A stretch of DNA of 62,232 bases, counting the filler, from Chiloscyllium plagiosum (lineage: Eukaryota): the NCBI RefSeq assembly GCF_004010195.1. It is 5 parts of one record of this genome, joined end to end, with 100 filler letters (N's around TTAATTAATTAA, not from the genome) between each part and the next. Parts side by side here need not be neighbours in the genome. Positions count along the whole stretch, not along the records: positions 29,579 to 53,689 come from NC_057715.1; positions 53,790 to 62,232 come from NC_057715.1; 3 more parts are not named here. One strand, 5' to 3'. The notes beneath the pieces are model-generated. The model was not told the origin of the DNA. It saw only the letters and a list, made by a program, of their open reading frames with translations, and searched no databases. Made by a program: the position numbers and the translations under genes. The stretch's first letter is position 1. Each line of letters opens with the position of its first letter. Below are positions 50,735-62,232 of the stretch, piece by piece.

Positions 50735-51626
50735 CAGTGTTGATACAGAGACCTGCAGTAGGCTTCCGGAGCTGAATATATCACAGTTACTTCATATTGT
50801 TCAGTCTAATGGCAATGCTATGTGGTGTATGTTTTTACTATTGTGGTATTATTTCGGAACATTGACTCAGAACTGAAAGAAAAACAGCTTTTAGTTTCCA
50901 GTTCTGTGAAGGTGATTTGTCTTTTATTTTACAGCAAAGGTAAGAAAGCTATTTTGAGCAGTGAACTGAAGCTACTTCTTCCAAGAAAGCGTGTGATTGA
51001 AGTTAAATGACTTGATCAACTACCTGGGGAGTTAATTGCTGAATGTTTACAAAACTGAGATTAATGAAACAGAAACAGTGTTAGCTGGGGATCATTGGTA
51101 AATTGAATTTAGAAGGAGAGAAGTCTGAACAAAAGGATGGTTCTTATTTTGTTTATAGAACTCTACAGGCTGTGAGAACTTAGTTTGTAAAATCTTCAGG
51201 CTGTGACAGTTGGTGAAAACCTCCAGGCTGTCAGAATTAAAAAGAAGAATCATAGCCATCTAAACCGGAATTAAGATTTCAGATGTGGAGAGTTGGAGAG
51301 AGGTCTTAAAATAGATTAGCAATCCAAGCAAAACAGCTGGAAAGAGACATTTGGGTAACAAATTATAGGAGTATTGTTCACTGTGATTGTATGACGTTAA
51401 AGGATCAGAGTTCAATTTTTGATTTTCTATTTGTTAAGATCTTCCTAAATTGCTAGATATAAAGTTGGTATTATTTTTCTTTTGAGTAATAAACTTACGT
51501 TATTTTGTTAAAAGTTCAGTGGCACATTGGCAACCGAAGTACAAAAATTAAACCTTTGGTCTATGAAGCCAGATTATGTTCTGGGATCTGATTTGTCTAT
51601 TATTGCCAGTGCTTAGGATCATAATA
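50735..51626 (+). mobile_element. Possible degraded solo LTR
   Basis: Ends ggatcataata, like the LTR end at 43360, and has internal AATAAA. The left boundary is uncertain. Confidence 0.3.
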
Positions 51627-51765
51627 GCTAAACATGAGACATTTCCTTGAAAAAAAAGTGTTAAATTATTTTTAACAAGTGCTTCACAATTTCATTGAAA
51701 AGCTAATAATTTAGAAGTTTGATCGATTAGTACTGTTTTTTCCATTATAAAATGGCTGTTGAAAG

Positions 51766-51849
51766 GTCCACTGTTGTAAAAGTTAAATGCATGCCTCTCA
51801 CACTGGAAGAGCATGATATGCTAAATAGCTATATTGATTCAGAGTGCAG
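51766..51849 (+). CDS. Candidate coding exon (STVVKVKCMPLTLEEHDMLNSYIDSEC)
   Basis: aag acceptor and CAG|gtttaa donor. 84 bp, phase 2-2, in frame with 50061-50179. Confidence 0.35.
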
Positions 51850-52260
51850 GTTTAAAACTGGCAATTTGTCTATTGCGTATATCACTATTGGATTTTACAC
51901 TCCGTTCAGGTCTCTATTCTGTTCTCAAGGGCTACACATACTTTGGTCAGTTTTGGCCCAGTGACCAAAGCAATTACAGGCTGTACTGCTATAACACTAT
52001 TGTTGCATTCCCATGCACATTTGTCTTACTGAAAATCATGGAATAGAAATAATGGCACCTATGGGAAAACAGCGTTTGGGCAAACCACCAAAAATATTAA
52101 TAAAAATCAAAACAAAAATAATAGTATAGTCTAAGTAAATGTCGAAGGCATATATTTTAATTAAATAATGCAACAAATTTAACACTTCAAGGGGTTTCTG
52201 AGTTTGCTGAGTTAGTGTTGTGCTAAGACAGGTGTTGAAGGTCATCATCAGCATCATTGT

Positions 52261-52377
52261 GGGCGGCACGGTGGCACAGTGGTTGGGTGGGTTACGCTTC
52301 GGCGGGTCGGTGTGGACTTGTTGGGCCGAAGGGCCTGTTTCCACACTGTAAGTAATCTAATCTAATCTAATCTAATC
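52261..52377 (+). mobile_element. Internally deleted HE1 SINE
   Basis: 24-bp head gggcggcacggtggcacagtggtt fused to the 3' tail and (ctaat)n. Confidence 0.8.
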
Positions 52378-52474
52378 ATAATTACTTTCAGGTGCAGGGT
52401 TAGGAAAAGAGAAAATATTTAGTTCAGAAATGGTGGTTCATTGTCCTCACTGTTTCTTTGGGGTTGGCTTAAAA

Positions 52475-52550
52475 AAGGCATCCAGGTTTTGACTGCTGTG
52501 CCATCTTTCTTCAAGGCATCCAGGTTTTGACTGCTGTGCCATCTTTCTTC
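52475..52550. repeat. Perfect 38-bp tandem duplication
   Basis: aaggcatccaggttttgactgctgtgccatctttcttc occurs twice in tandem. Confidence 0.95.
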
Positions 52551-52989
52551 TTTCATGAAGAAGCTTTTCACAGGGTGCCAAATAAGACTTTATGCCACGA
52601 ACTGCTCTCCTGCTGTGTTCTGCATTGCATGCATTGTCTTCTAACAGCTGCTTCTGTTTCTCAACTTCCCTCAGGATAGAAGACAATAGAGAAGTAGAAA
52701 GTCCTCATGATGTTGTATATTGGACTTCATCATCTTCATCTCAAGTTTCATTCCCCCCCTCTCACCGCAGCAACAAGTTGTTATCGATCAGCTGTGGAGA
52801 GTTCTTCACAATGGGACTTAAGCAGTTCCTCAACATTCTCAGTCTCCACATTTTCCAATCCAACTTACTTTGCAAAAGTGACAGAATAGTCTTTGATTGC
52901 TGGAAACTCCTCTGATTCACCTTTAAAATCATGAAGAAAATCTGCGAGCAACTTCTGCCAAACTGCATACAAGTAGAACTTACCGACAT

Positions 52990-53222
52990 AGTGGCAGTGT
53001 CAATAAAATGTGGAGCTGGGAAAAGCACAGCAACTTAAGCAACGTCAAAAGTGTAGAAGAGTAGACATTTTGGGAAGGACCCTTCATCAGGAAGTCCTAT
53101 GACGGGTCCCACCTGAAATGTTGACTCACCGCCTTTTCTGATGCTGCTTGACCTACTGTGCTTTATCCAGTTCCACTTTTTATCGACTCTGACGTTCCAG
53201 CATCAACTGTGCTCACTGTCTT
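52990..53222. mobile_element. Penelope-type fold-back insert within the Tigger element
   Basis: Inverted arms around 53093 with a degenerate cccttcatcagg hammerhead core. Confidence 0.6.
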
Positions 53223-53552
53223 CAAGTTGCTGACATGACTTTGGGTCTCCACAATGACGTCAATAGCATTCTTAATGTTTAAGCATTTCCAAAATTGAAG
53301 AAAACTATCCTCATTATCCCCTTTAGTAGCTGCAATCAGCTTCTTAAATGTGTGCCTTAAGTATTAAGCTTTATAAACTGCTATTACACCCTGGTCCATG
53401 GGCTGAATGAGAGAGGTTAAGTACGGAGGTAGAAATAGCTCTTTGCTGTTTTCAGAAAGCTCAACAATGATGGAAGGATGGCTTGGTGCATTGTCCAGAA
53501 TGAGAAGAATCTGGAAATCCAATTTTTTTTTTCTCGTGCAGTAATTTCTAAA

Positions 53553-53689
53553 AACATAACAAGAATCCAGAGAAAGTATATTCCTGTTAGGGTGAAAGGA
53601 AAGGCTGGTAGGTATAGGGAATGCTGGATGGCTAAAGAAATTGAGGGTTTAGTTAAGAAAAAGAAGGAAGCATATGTAAGGTATAGACA
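53553..53689 (+). mobile_element. CR1 ORF2 fragment
   Basis: ITRIQRKYIPVRVKGKAGRYRECW, same as ORF 7124-7306. Confidence 0.85.
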
Positions 53690-53789
53690 NNNNNNNNNNN
53701 NNNNNNNNNNNNNNNNNNNNNNNNNNNNNNNNNTTAATTAATTAANNNNNNNNNNNNNNNNNNNNNNNNNNNNNNNNNNNNNNNNNNNN
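53690..53789. other. Scaffold gap spacer
   Basis: N44 TTAATTAATTAA N44. Confidence 0.97.
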
Positions 53790-54107
53790 GACTCAGCACC
53801 GCCTTCTTGACCTGTAATCTTCTTCCTGACCTCTCCGCCCCCACCCCCTCTCCAGCCTATCACCCTCACCTTAACCTCCTTCCACCTATTGCATTCCCAA
53901 TGCCGCTCCCCCAAGTCCCTCCTCCCTACCTTTTATCTTAGCCTGCTTGGCACACCCTCCTCATTCCTGAAGAAGGGTTTATGCCCGAAACGTCGATTCT
54001 CCTGCTCCTTGGATGCTGCCTGACCTGCTGCGCTTTTCCAGCAACACATTTTTCAGCTCTGATCTCCAGCATCTGCAGTCCTCACTTTCTCCTAGTTGAT
54101 TTTAACC
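53790..54107 (+). mobile_element. Penelope-like terminal repeat with hammerhead motif (53967-53996)
   Basis: CTGAAGAAGGGTTTATGCCCGAAACGTCGA. Confidence 0.72.
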
Positions 54108-56700
54108 TACAACCATTATGGTTAACAAGTACTGGTTCCCAACTTTTAGTTCTCGAGAGGGGACCTACACAATCAATTATAGCCCGTGTTAAAGGTTCTT
54201 CAGATGTGGGAATTGGCAACAAGGGTGCTGGTTTTATCACCGCCTGTGGCTTACCTACCATTTGGCATGTATGACATGTGCAGCAAAAGTTGACCACATC
54301 CTTGTGCATTCCAGACCACTAAAAATGTTTTTGAACCTTATCCGGAGTTTTTTGTATCCCTAGGTGACCTCCTACTGGTAGGTCCTGTCTGTATGCTGCC
54401 AGCAACACAATCTGGTGCACTTCGGCCCATTTCTCCTCTGCACTAACCTGCTGTGGTCTCCATTTCTGCTTTAGGATTTTATCTTTCTGATAATAACCCT
54501 CCAGAATATTCTCTGCCTTCTCTTCGGCGTTTGCATCCACATATGTATCTTTTATTGTTTTGTCTTGCTGTTGCAAGTTCCTTGGCCTTTCAGGACTAAA
54601 CACTTCTGTCTGACCCTCTGCCTGTTCAGGCTTTTCCTGTACCATTACATCAAACATGGTGTCCGCTAATTGAAACTCAAATTCTTCATCTTTCTCTTTA
54701 CTTTTCGCTTCCTGTTGTGACTTATGATAGTGAGATCTGGTTATTACACAGTCTGGAAAAATACCAGGCTATTTCTGTTTTAACCCCTTAGTTTCTCGGG
54801 CTCCCTTGGGCTTCTCCACAACAAGGGAGGTCACTCCCACCTTGGATCCTGCCAAATCATTCCCAAGAACAAACTGAATTCATGGAACTGACACTCTGTC
54901 AATCACTCCATTGTTACTTCCCCAATCTTGAGTTGGCACTCCAACTTTATCTTACATAGGGGAATGCTAAATTTCTGTTCATCTATCCCACAAATTACCA
55001 CACTCGCGGATAACAGATCAGAAAGAGTGCATATTTGCTCATCCCTTACTATCAGCGACAAGTTAAATCCTGTCTCTCTCAAAATTATAATGTGTCCTTC
55101 TCTCCCTGTTCTTTCTGAGTAAACTTTACCCACAGAGACAAATTCTTTGAAGAGATCAGGTACTAACTCCATACCCAGCCCCTGCCTAGGTTGTGCACTC
55201 TCCTGCAGCTCCTCAGCTGTTCTTGCAGTTTCCTTTCCTACCGTCACTAATGCTTAGCTTCTTTTACCACATCTTTTCCAACAGCGCCTTTCTTTAATGA
55301 CCAGCACGGTGACTTTACGTGTCCCACCTTCTGGTAGTGGAAACACCTTTCTCCAGTGCCCTTCTGAAACCACCAGCATTGTAATTTTCTGTGTACCACT
55401 CCATTACAGTGAAAATACCTTTCACCTCCTGTCCACCCTCTTGGGCTTCTTTAACCTGTGGTAAAATCTTACTAGTGTTCTCTACTCTTGGTTTCATAGT
55501 GTAGGATCTCTCCTCCCAACTTCTATCCCTCAGAGGACGAAATTCTGGCCAGAAGCTTGTCTTATGCAGCAACATATACTAATGTGCTAATCCTGCTGCC
55601 CTTCTCACTTCCTGAACTTTCTGTTCCTCCCCATGATTTCTTATCTCCGGAAGTGAGTTTTTAAACTCCTCCAGCAGAATAATCTCTCTTAGAGCCTCAT
55701 CGGACTTATCTATCTTTAAGGCTCGCACCCCATCCATCAAAATGACTCTGTTTAATTCTTTCGAACTCAACATAATTCTGATCTGGTTCCTTATTTGTGT
55801 TTCTGAACCGCTGTCTATATGCTTCTGATACCAATACATAGGTCTTAAAATAGCCTGTTTAACTGCTTCATAATCTCTTGACCCCCTCATCTGACAGCAT
55901 GGAAATACCTCACTTGCTCTGCTTACCAGTTTAATCTGAACTCGCATTACCCATAAATCCTTGGACCACTCCATCTGCCTAGCCACTTTTTCAAATCAAA
56001 TAAAGAAGTCTTCAACATCTTTCTCATCAAAATGTGGCAGAGTTTTGACATATATGTATATCTCACCTTCTCTTTTAATCTCCATCCTGTTAACTTGACT
56101 TTGCTGACTAAGTGGCAACTTCTCAAGTTCAAATTCTCTCTCTTTTTGCTCAGCTAATAACTTTCTCTCTCTCACTTTTTCCTCTCTTTCTCTGTCTCTC
56201 CCTTTATCTTCTAACTCCATTTTCCTCAGTTGTAATTTATGTTTTTCTACTCCTACTGCAATTGTCTGTTTCTCCAACACACCTAAGTGTTTGATTAACT
56301 CCCTTACAATTTCAGCTTTACTTTTGTCCTTGGTTAAACCCAAATCTAACTTCTTTACTAATTCTAAAAATATGGCCCTTTTCTTTCCTTCTAAACTTTC
56401 TTGGCAAATTTGAGAATCATCTTCAAATTCCAGAACCTCTTTAGCAATTTAAGAGGCATTTCTCTCACTTTTAATTAAATCAACTACATGTCACCAAAAT
56501 TAAACAAATTGTCTCACCTGCATTTTATTTAAAGATCTAGGACCCTCACCTGCAAGTGTTTAAATCTGCTGGGATGTTTTGACTCCCCAAATCTATTCAA
56601 ATCTGTCTAAGCTAGTTCAGATCTCAAATCAAAGACCCAAAGTTCAAATTGTGGACAAAAGCCCCTAAATCATTCAAATCCTAACAACAAAACCCCAAAC
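54108..56700 (-). mobile_element. Gmr1-like (SCAN-capsid) Gypsy internal region: gag, protease, integrase N-terminal part, degraded
   Basis: LPHFDEKDVEDFF, DYEAVKQAIL and LREIILLEEFKNSLP (SCAN-like). Protease IILRETG. Then directly GGHLGIQKT..CCTCHTCQ..IIDCVGPL integrase, giving PR-IN order. Confidence 0.88.
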
Positions 56701-57403
56701 TGATAGGACACGGGGTAAACCTTCCTGCTTAATTTAAACCAGCAACACTGAAAAGATTTATCTCGTGCATTAATCTGTGAAAATTCAGGAGGCCAAGATC
56801 TATTTAAACTAAAAATTAACAACCTTTTTCTTAAAGTATAACAGAGAATAATTAACTAACAACTGTTACAACTCCTTCCTGTAATCTATCTTTTACTTTC
56901 CCTTCTATAATACTAGTCTGATCAAACCCCTAAGATTTACCAAAAAATTCAAATTTCAAAACCAGCCAGTTGTCGTATCTTCCTCTATAGATTTGCTCTC
57001 CAGGTCGGTGTCGATGTTTTTCTCTGTGCAAACTCCTTCTCCTAATGGGTACCTCTCAGAGAATTCTTACCAGCAGCCTGACATTTGTTGATCTTTTGGC
57101 AGTTCTTGCCCCAACTGTTCAATTTTTCCCAATCTTATACCCCCCAAAACATTGAATTGTATCATTGGCTTTTAGTATTGTCAATATGCTAAATTCAAAC
57201 TTAATTGGAGTTTGGTATTTTTTGGGGGTATAATTTAAACTGACTGCCCTAATTCAAATTTGTTTTGTCATCGCCAAGCAACCGGCTACCCCAGTTGCTG
57301 ACCACAAGTTACATTGTGTCTTATTTAGAACACTTGGTGCTGTCAGGTAGTTCTGATAGCTTTTAACTCTCTTAAAGGTACAGTACACCCACATTTTGAT
57401 AAC
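56701..57403 (-). mobile_element. 5' LTR of the Gmr1-like element
   Basis: Minus strand TGTTATCA...TCCTATCA, followed by tRNA-Pro-like PBS sequences. Confidence 0.7.
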
Positions 57404-57469
57404 AGTCTCCAAAAGACAGGAAAACATGGCAAATCATGACAAAAAACCAGAACCTGGTGAGGCGGCTCA

Positions 57470-57508
57470 GGTAGTAGTAGTAGTAGTAATAGTAGTAGTA
57501 ATAGTAGT
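57470..57508. repeat. (GTA)n microsatellite
   Basis: gtagtagtag... with two gtaat interruptions. Confidence 0.95.
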
Positions 57509-58960
57509 GGGCTCCAGGGTGGACTCATTAAATACCCCAGAAAAGCAATCTTGACCATGATTTACACAACCCCACTTTGAATATTTCCACTGAAAGATTA
57601 CACATTGGCACATCCATTCATTGCAGGTTCAAATATGGGCTGACCATGATTGTCCAGTGATTCATTGTTATTAATACCTGAATTTCTATTGGTAAGGACC
57701 CTACTGGCAGTGCAGACCGACTAAATGACCTGTCACTGGAATTTCGTAAGTGCATGTGAGGAAATTGTTTTTTTCATATTTTGATAATATTCACCATTCT
57801 ACAGTTCAGATTGAAGAATTCAAGCTGATTTGTCTCAGTCTGAATTTTGTTAAGTTTTTTGGAGGGCTTATCACTGCAAGATGTAGACATGGTGGAGGAA
57901 TGCCCATTGACCATGTCCGGAGATGTTTGAGCCTGGTTTCCAGCATGGAGCAAACAGCAAGCTGAGTCAGCCAAGTGCTCACTCTGGCTTCTTTGTTGAT
58001 GTTTCCAATTATTACGCTCGTTTGGTAAGTTTGGTAAGATGAGAGGTTAAATATTTATGAGTCAAGTTGGGCTGTTAGCAACCCATTCAGCAATCAATAA
58101 CAACCATCAATTGGCAACTCATCACTGCTAAACAGGAATCTCACCACAACACTTATGAAAAGCATAAAAGGTGGAGTGTGTCGCTCCCGATGTCAAGGCA
58201 AGCCATGCTGGACTTCTCATCTGATTCTGCCAGAAATCCTACCATTAGAGAACATCACTTAGGTCCCTACAAAAGCTACCCTACATTTCAGTCTTTCAGT
58301 TTGAAGTATTTAAGTGAGGCACCATGGAAAAATTAGATGTTTCCACCAATAATAGATTACCTTCTAAATGATTAAACCACATTGTATTTACGTATCAAGA
58401 CCACATTTAAAGCTAGTGTACAGATTAGTTCCATATTCTTTTAACAATCATCTTTTTGGTAGAGAACATTATCTTTTGATAAAAATGTGGGTTTCTTGAC
58501 AATTCCTCTAGTTATGTGAATGTGTAATGATTTATCAATCATGAAAATGGAGTATTCCGATGTGTTATGTTGTGAAATGGATTGTCAGTAACAACTGAAG
58601 AATTTGGCTTCCCTTGTATTTTAATAAGTTCCACTTGTCTATGTTTTTTGAGTGTATTTGGGATTATTGCTTCTATGTGTAACATCACCAGTGAGGCACA
58701 TACTGGTTTCTCAAGCTATGGCAGAATATAGTGTTTGCATTCTTCGAGAATTGTTAATTCTGAAAGTTCTTGTTTGTGCCTCACTGAGAGGAAGTACAGA
58801 AAAATTGATCATGTGCCGAAGAAGGAATTCAGTAGAATGCCCAATTATTTGCTTAAAGGATGGGTTTGAAGGACATTGGTGAAGCTACACTTAGAGATTT
58901 GTGTTCAGTTTTAGTCACCTTGTTTTGGAAGGATGTTATAAAACTGCAGAAGAAATTTAT

Positions 58961-59172
58961 CATAGAATCATTACCATAGAATCCCTACAATGTGGAAACA
59001 GTGTGGCCCAACAAGTCCACACTGATCGTCCGAAGAGTAACCCACCTAGACCCATTCCCCTACCCTATTACTCAACATTTACCCTTGACTAATGCACCTA
59101 ATCTGCATATCCCAGAACACTATGGGCAATTCAGCACAGCCAAATCACCTAACATGCACATCTTTGGATCAC
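58961..59172 (-). mobile_element. HE1-type SINE 3' part
   Basis: Matches 45535-45690. Confidence 0.8.
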
Positions 59173-59174
59173 AG

Positions 59175-61607
59175 GAGGGAACAATCTTCATCTGAACCAA
59201 AGGAGTACCAATATCCTGGGGGGGATATTTGCTAATGCTCTTCAGGTGGGTTTAAACTAATTCAGCAGGAGGATGGGAACCTAAATTGTAGTTCCACTGT
59301 CTGGGAGGTTGAGAGTAGTGAGGTCAGAACTAAGATTTCAGGGTCGCAAGAAGTTGGTTTGAAGTGCGTCTACTTCAATGCCAGGAGTATCCAGAATAAG
59401 GTGGGTGAACTTGCAGCATGGGTTGGTACCTGGAATTTTGATGTGTAGTGATTTCAGAGACATGGGGAGAGCAAAGACAGGAATGGTATTTGCAGGTTCC
59501 AGGATTTAGATGTTTCAGTAAGAATAGAGAAAATGGTAAAAGGGGGCCGGGGGAGGTGTGCATTGTTGGTCAAAGACAGTATTACGGTTGCAGAAAGGAC
59601 ATTTGAGGACTCATCTACTGAGGTAGTATGGGCTGAGGTTAGAAACAGGAAAGGAGAGGTCACCCTGTTTGGAGATTTCTATAGGCCTTTGAATAGTTCC
59701 AGAGAATAGGATAGCAAAGATGATCCTCAACAGGAGGGGGTGTGACAAGGAAGTTGTTATCAGGGCCTTTAACTTTCCAAATATTGACAGGGAATACTAT
59801 AGTTCAAGTACTTTAGATGAGTAAGTATTTGTCCAATGTATGCAGGAGGGTTTCGCGACACAGTATGTAGACAGGCCAACAAGGGGCGAGGCCACTTTAG
59901 ATTTGGTACTGGGTAATGAACCCAGCTAGATGTTGGATTTGGAGGTAGGTGAGCACGTTGGTGATAGCAACCGCAATTTGGTTATGTTTATTTTAATGAT
60001 GGATATGGTTAGGTATATACCGCAGGACAAAAGTTATAGCTGGGGAAAAGGCAATTACAATGCGATTAGGCAAGATTTAGGATGCATAGGATGGGGAAGG
60101 AAACTGCAGGAGGTGGGCATGATTGAAATGTGGATCTTATTCAAGGAACAGCTACTGTGGGTCTTTGATAAGTATGTACCGGTCAAACAGGGAGGAAGTT
60201 GTTGAGCACAGGAGCTGTGGTTTACGAAGCATGTTGAAACTCTTGATAAGAAAAAGAAGAAGGCTTATGTTAGGATGAGATGTGCTCAGTTAGGGCATTT
60301 GGGAGTTACAAGTTAGCCAGGAAAGACCTAAAGAGAGAGCTAAGAAGAGCCAGGAGGGGACATGAAAAGTTGTTGGCAGATAGGATCAAGGAAGACTCTA
60401 AGGCTTTCTATAGGTATATCAGGAATAAAAGAATGACTAGAGTAAGATTAAGGTCTAGACTAGAGTAGTGCTGGAAAAGCACAGCAGGTCAGGCAGCATC
60501 CAAGGAGCAGGAAGATCGATGTTTCAGGCAAAAACCCTTCATCGGTGAGATTAGAGTTAATCAAAGATAGTCGTAGGAAGTTATGCGTGGAGTCAGAGGA
60601 GATAGGCGAAGTGCTAAATGACTACTTACCATCAGTATTCACACTAGGAAAAGACAATGTTGTCGAAGAGAATACTGAGATACAGGCTACTAGACTAGAT
60701 GGGATTGAGATTCACAAGGAGGAGGTGTTAACAATTCTGAGAAGTGTAAAAATGGATAAGACCCTTGGGCTGGATAGAATTTATCCTAGGATATTCTGGG
60801 AAGTCAGGGAGGAGATTGCTGAACCTTTAGCTTTGATCTTTATGTCATCGTTGTCTACAGGAATAGTGCCAGAAGACTGGAGGATAGCAAATGTTGTTCC
60901 TTTGTTCAAGAAGGGGAGTAGAGACAACCCTGGAAATTATAGACTGGTGAGCTTTACTTCGGTTGTGAGCACAGTGTTGGAAAAGTTTGCAAGAGATAGG
61001 ATTTATAATCATCTAGAAAGGAATAAGTTGATTAGGGATAGTCAACATGGTTTTGTGAAGGCTAGGTCATGCCTCACAAACCTTAGTGAGTTCTTTGAGA
61101 AGATGACCAAACAGGTGGATGAGGGTAAAGCTGTTAATGTCATGTGTATGGATTTTAGTAAGGCGTTTGTTAAGGCTCCACATGGTAGGCTACTGCACAA
61201 AATATGGAGGCATGGGATTAAGGGTAATTTAGCGGTTTAGATCAGACATTGGCTAGCTGAAAGAAGACAGAGAGTGGTGTTTGATGGGAAATATTCATCC
61301 TGGAGTTCAGTTACTAGTGGGGTACTGCCGGGATCTGTTTTGGGTCCTCTGCTAATTGTCATTTTTATAAATATCCTGGATGATGGCATAGAAGGATGGG
61401 TTAGTAAATTTGTAGAGAACATTAAGGTTGATAGAGTTGTGGATAGTGATGAAGGATGTTATAGGTTGCAGAGAGACATAGATAAGTAGCAGAGCTGGGC
61501 TGAGAAGAGGCAAATGGAGTTTAATGTGGAAATGTGTGAGGTGATTTACTTTAGCAGGAGTAACACAAATGCAGAGTACTGGCCGACTGGTAAGATTCTT
61601 GGTAGTA
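59175..61607 (+). mobile_element. CR1 LINE (end of esterase ORF1, endonuclease, RT), degraded
   Basis: LKCVYFNARSI (~59360). ORF 60545-61240 reads DWRIANVVPLFKKG..NYR..SQHGF..DFSKAF. ORF 61274 reads SGVLPGSVLGP. Confidence 0.92.
60455..60544 (-). mobile_element. Short Penelope-type insert in CR1
   Basis: Matches 46482-46572. Flanked by gtaagattaaggt / gtgagattagagt. Confidence 0.65.
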
Positions 61608-62232
61608 GAACATAGAACATAGAAGAATACAGCGCAGTACAGGCCCTTTGGCCCTCGATGTTGCGCCGATCCAAGCCCACCTAACCTACACTAGCCCACT
61701 ATCCTCCATATGCCTATCCAATGCACGTTTAAATGCCCATAATGAAGGAGAGTCCACCACTGCTACTGGCAGGGCATTCCATGAACTCACGACTCGCTGA
61801 GTAAAGAATCTACCCCTAACATCTGTCCTATACCTACCCCCCCTTAATTTAAAGCTATGCCCCCTTGTAATAGCTGACTCAATACGTGGAAAAAGATTCT
61901 CACTGTCGACCCTATCTAAACCCCTAATCATCTTGTACACCTCTATCAAGTCACCCCTAAACCTTCTTTTCTCCAATGAAAACAACCCCAAGTGCCTCAG
62001 CCTTTCCTCATACGATCTTTCTACCATACCAGGCAACATCCTGGTAAACCTCCTCTGCACCCATTCCAGTGCCTCCACATCCTTCCTATAGTATGGCAAC
62101 CAAAACTGCACACAATACTCCAGATGTGACCGCACCAGAGTCTTATACAACTGCAACATGACCTCAGTACTCCAGAACTCAATTCCTCTACCAATAAAAG
62201 CCAGTACGCCATATGCCGCCTTCACCGCACTA
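61608..62232 (-). mobile_element. Young CR1 3' end inserted antisense into the preceding CR1
   Basis: Open ORF 61686-62225 is the CR1 ORF2 C-terminus. (TTCTATG)n tail at 61608-61625. Confidence 0.93.

Larger units (their letters stand above)
51977..53552 (-). mobile_element. Tigger/pogo DNA transposon fossil (DDE transposase C-terminal half and one TIR)
   Basis: Minus strand ILLILDNAPSHP..FLPPYLTSLIQPMDQGVI..YLR..LQFWK at 53250-53520. TA|CAGGCTGTACTGCTATAAC terminus at 51975-51995. Confidence 0.85.

Noticed and set aside
20510..62232. Long-range inverted repeat between 20510-21133 and 61608-62232
   Set aside because: Two independent copies of an abundant young CR1 subfamily.

Overview
Repeat-dense eukaryotic DNA, most likely from a cartilaginous fish: it carries HE1-type tRNA-derived SINEs and HER1/CR1-type LINEs, both characteristic of elasmobranchs. 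Four 100-bp scaffold gaps (N44-TTAATTAATTAA-N44) interrupt it. No complete host gene is visible, but five candidate + strand coding exons of an unidentified gene lie at about 31.7, 32.7, 36.4, 50.1 and 51.8 kb. Recognisable content includes degraded Gypsy LTR elements lacking the RT core, a SCAN/Gmr1-type Gypsy, solo LTRs, several CR1 LINEs (some with SGNH-esterase ORF1), an L2 fossil, Penelope-like fragments with minimal hammerhead ribozyme motifs, a Tigger/pogo fossil and several SINEs. The most notable observation is that 3' fragments of a Tx1/L1-clade retrotransposon are stacked head-to-tail at the same position, the TATA-box site, of two different Gypsy LTRs (1-3614 and 38607-39833). Each copy is separated by a copy of the LTR target sequence. 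This suggests an LTR-promoter-targeting, sequence-specific non-LTR element with non-autonomous derivatives. All calls come from reading the sequence; no searches were run.
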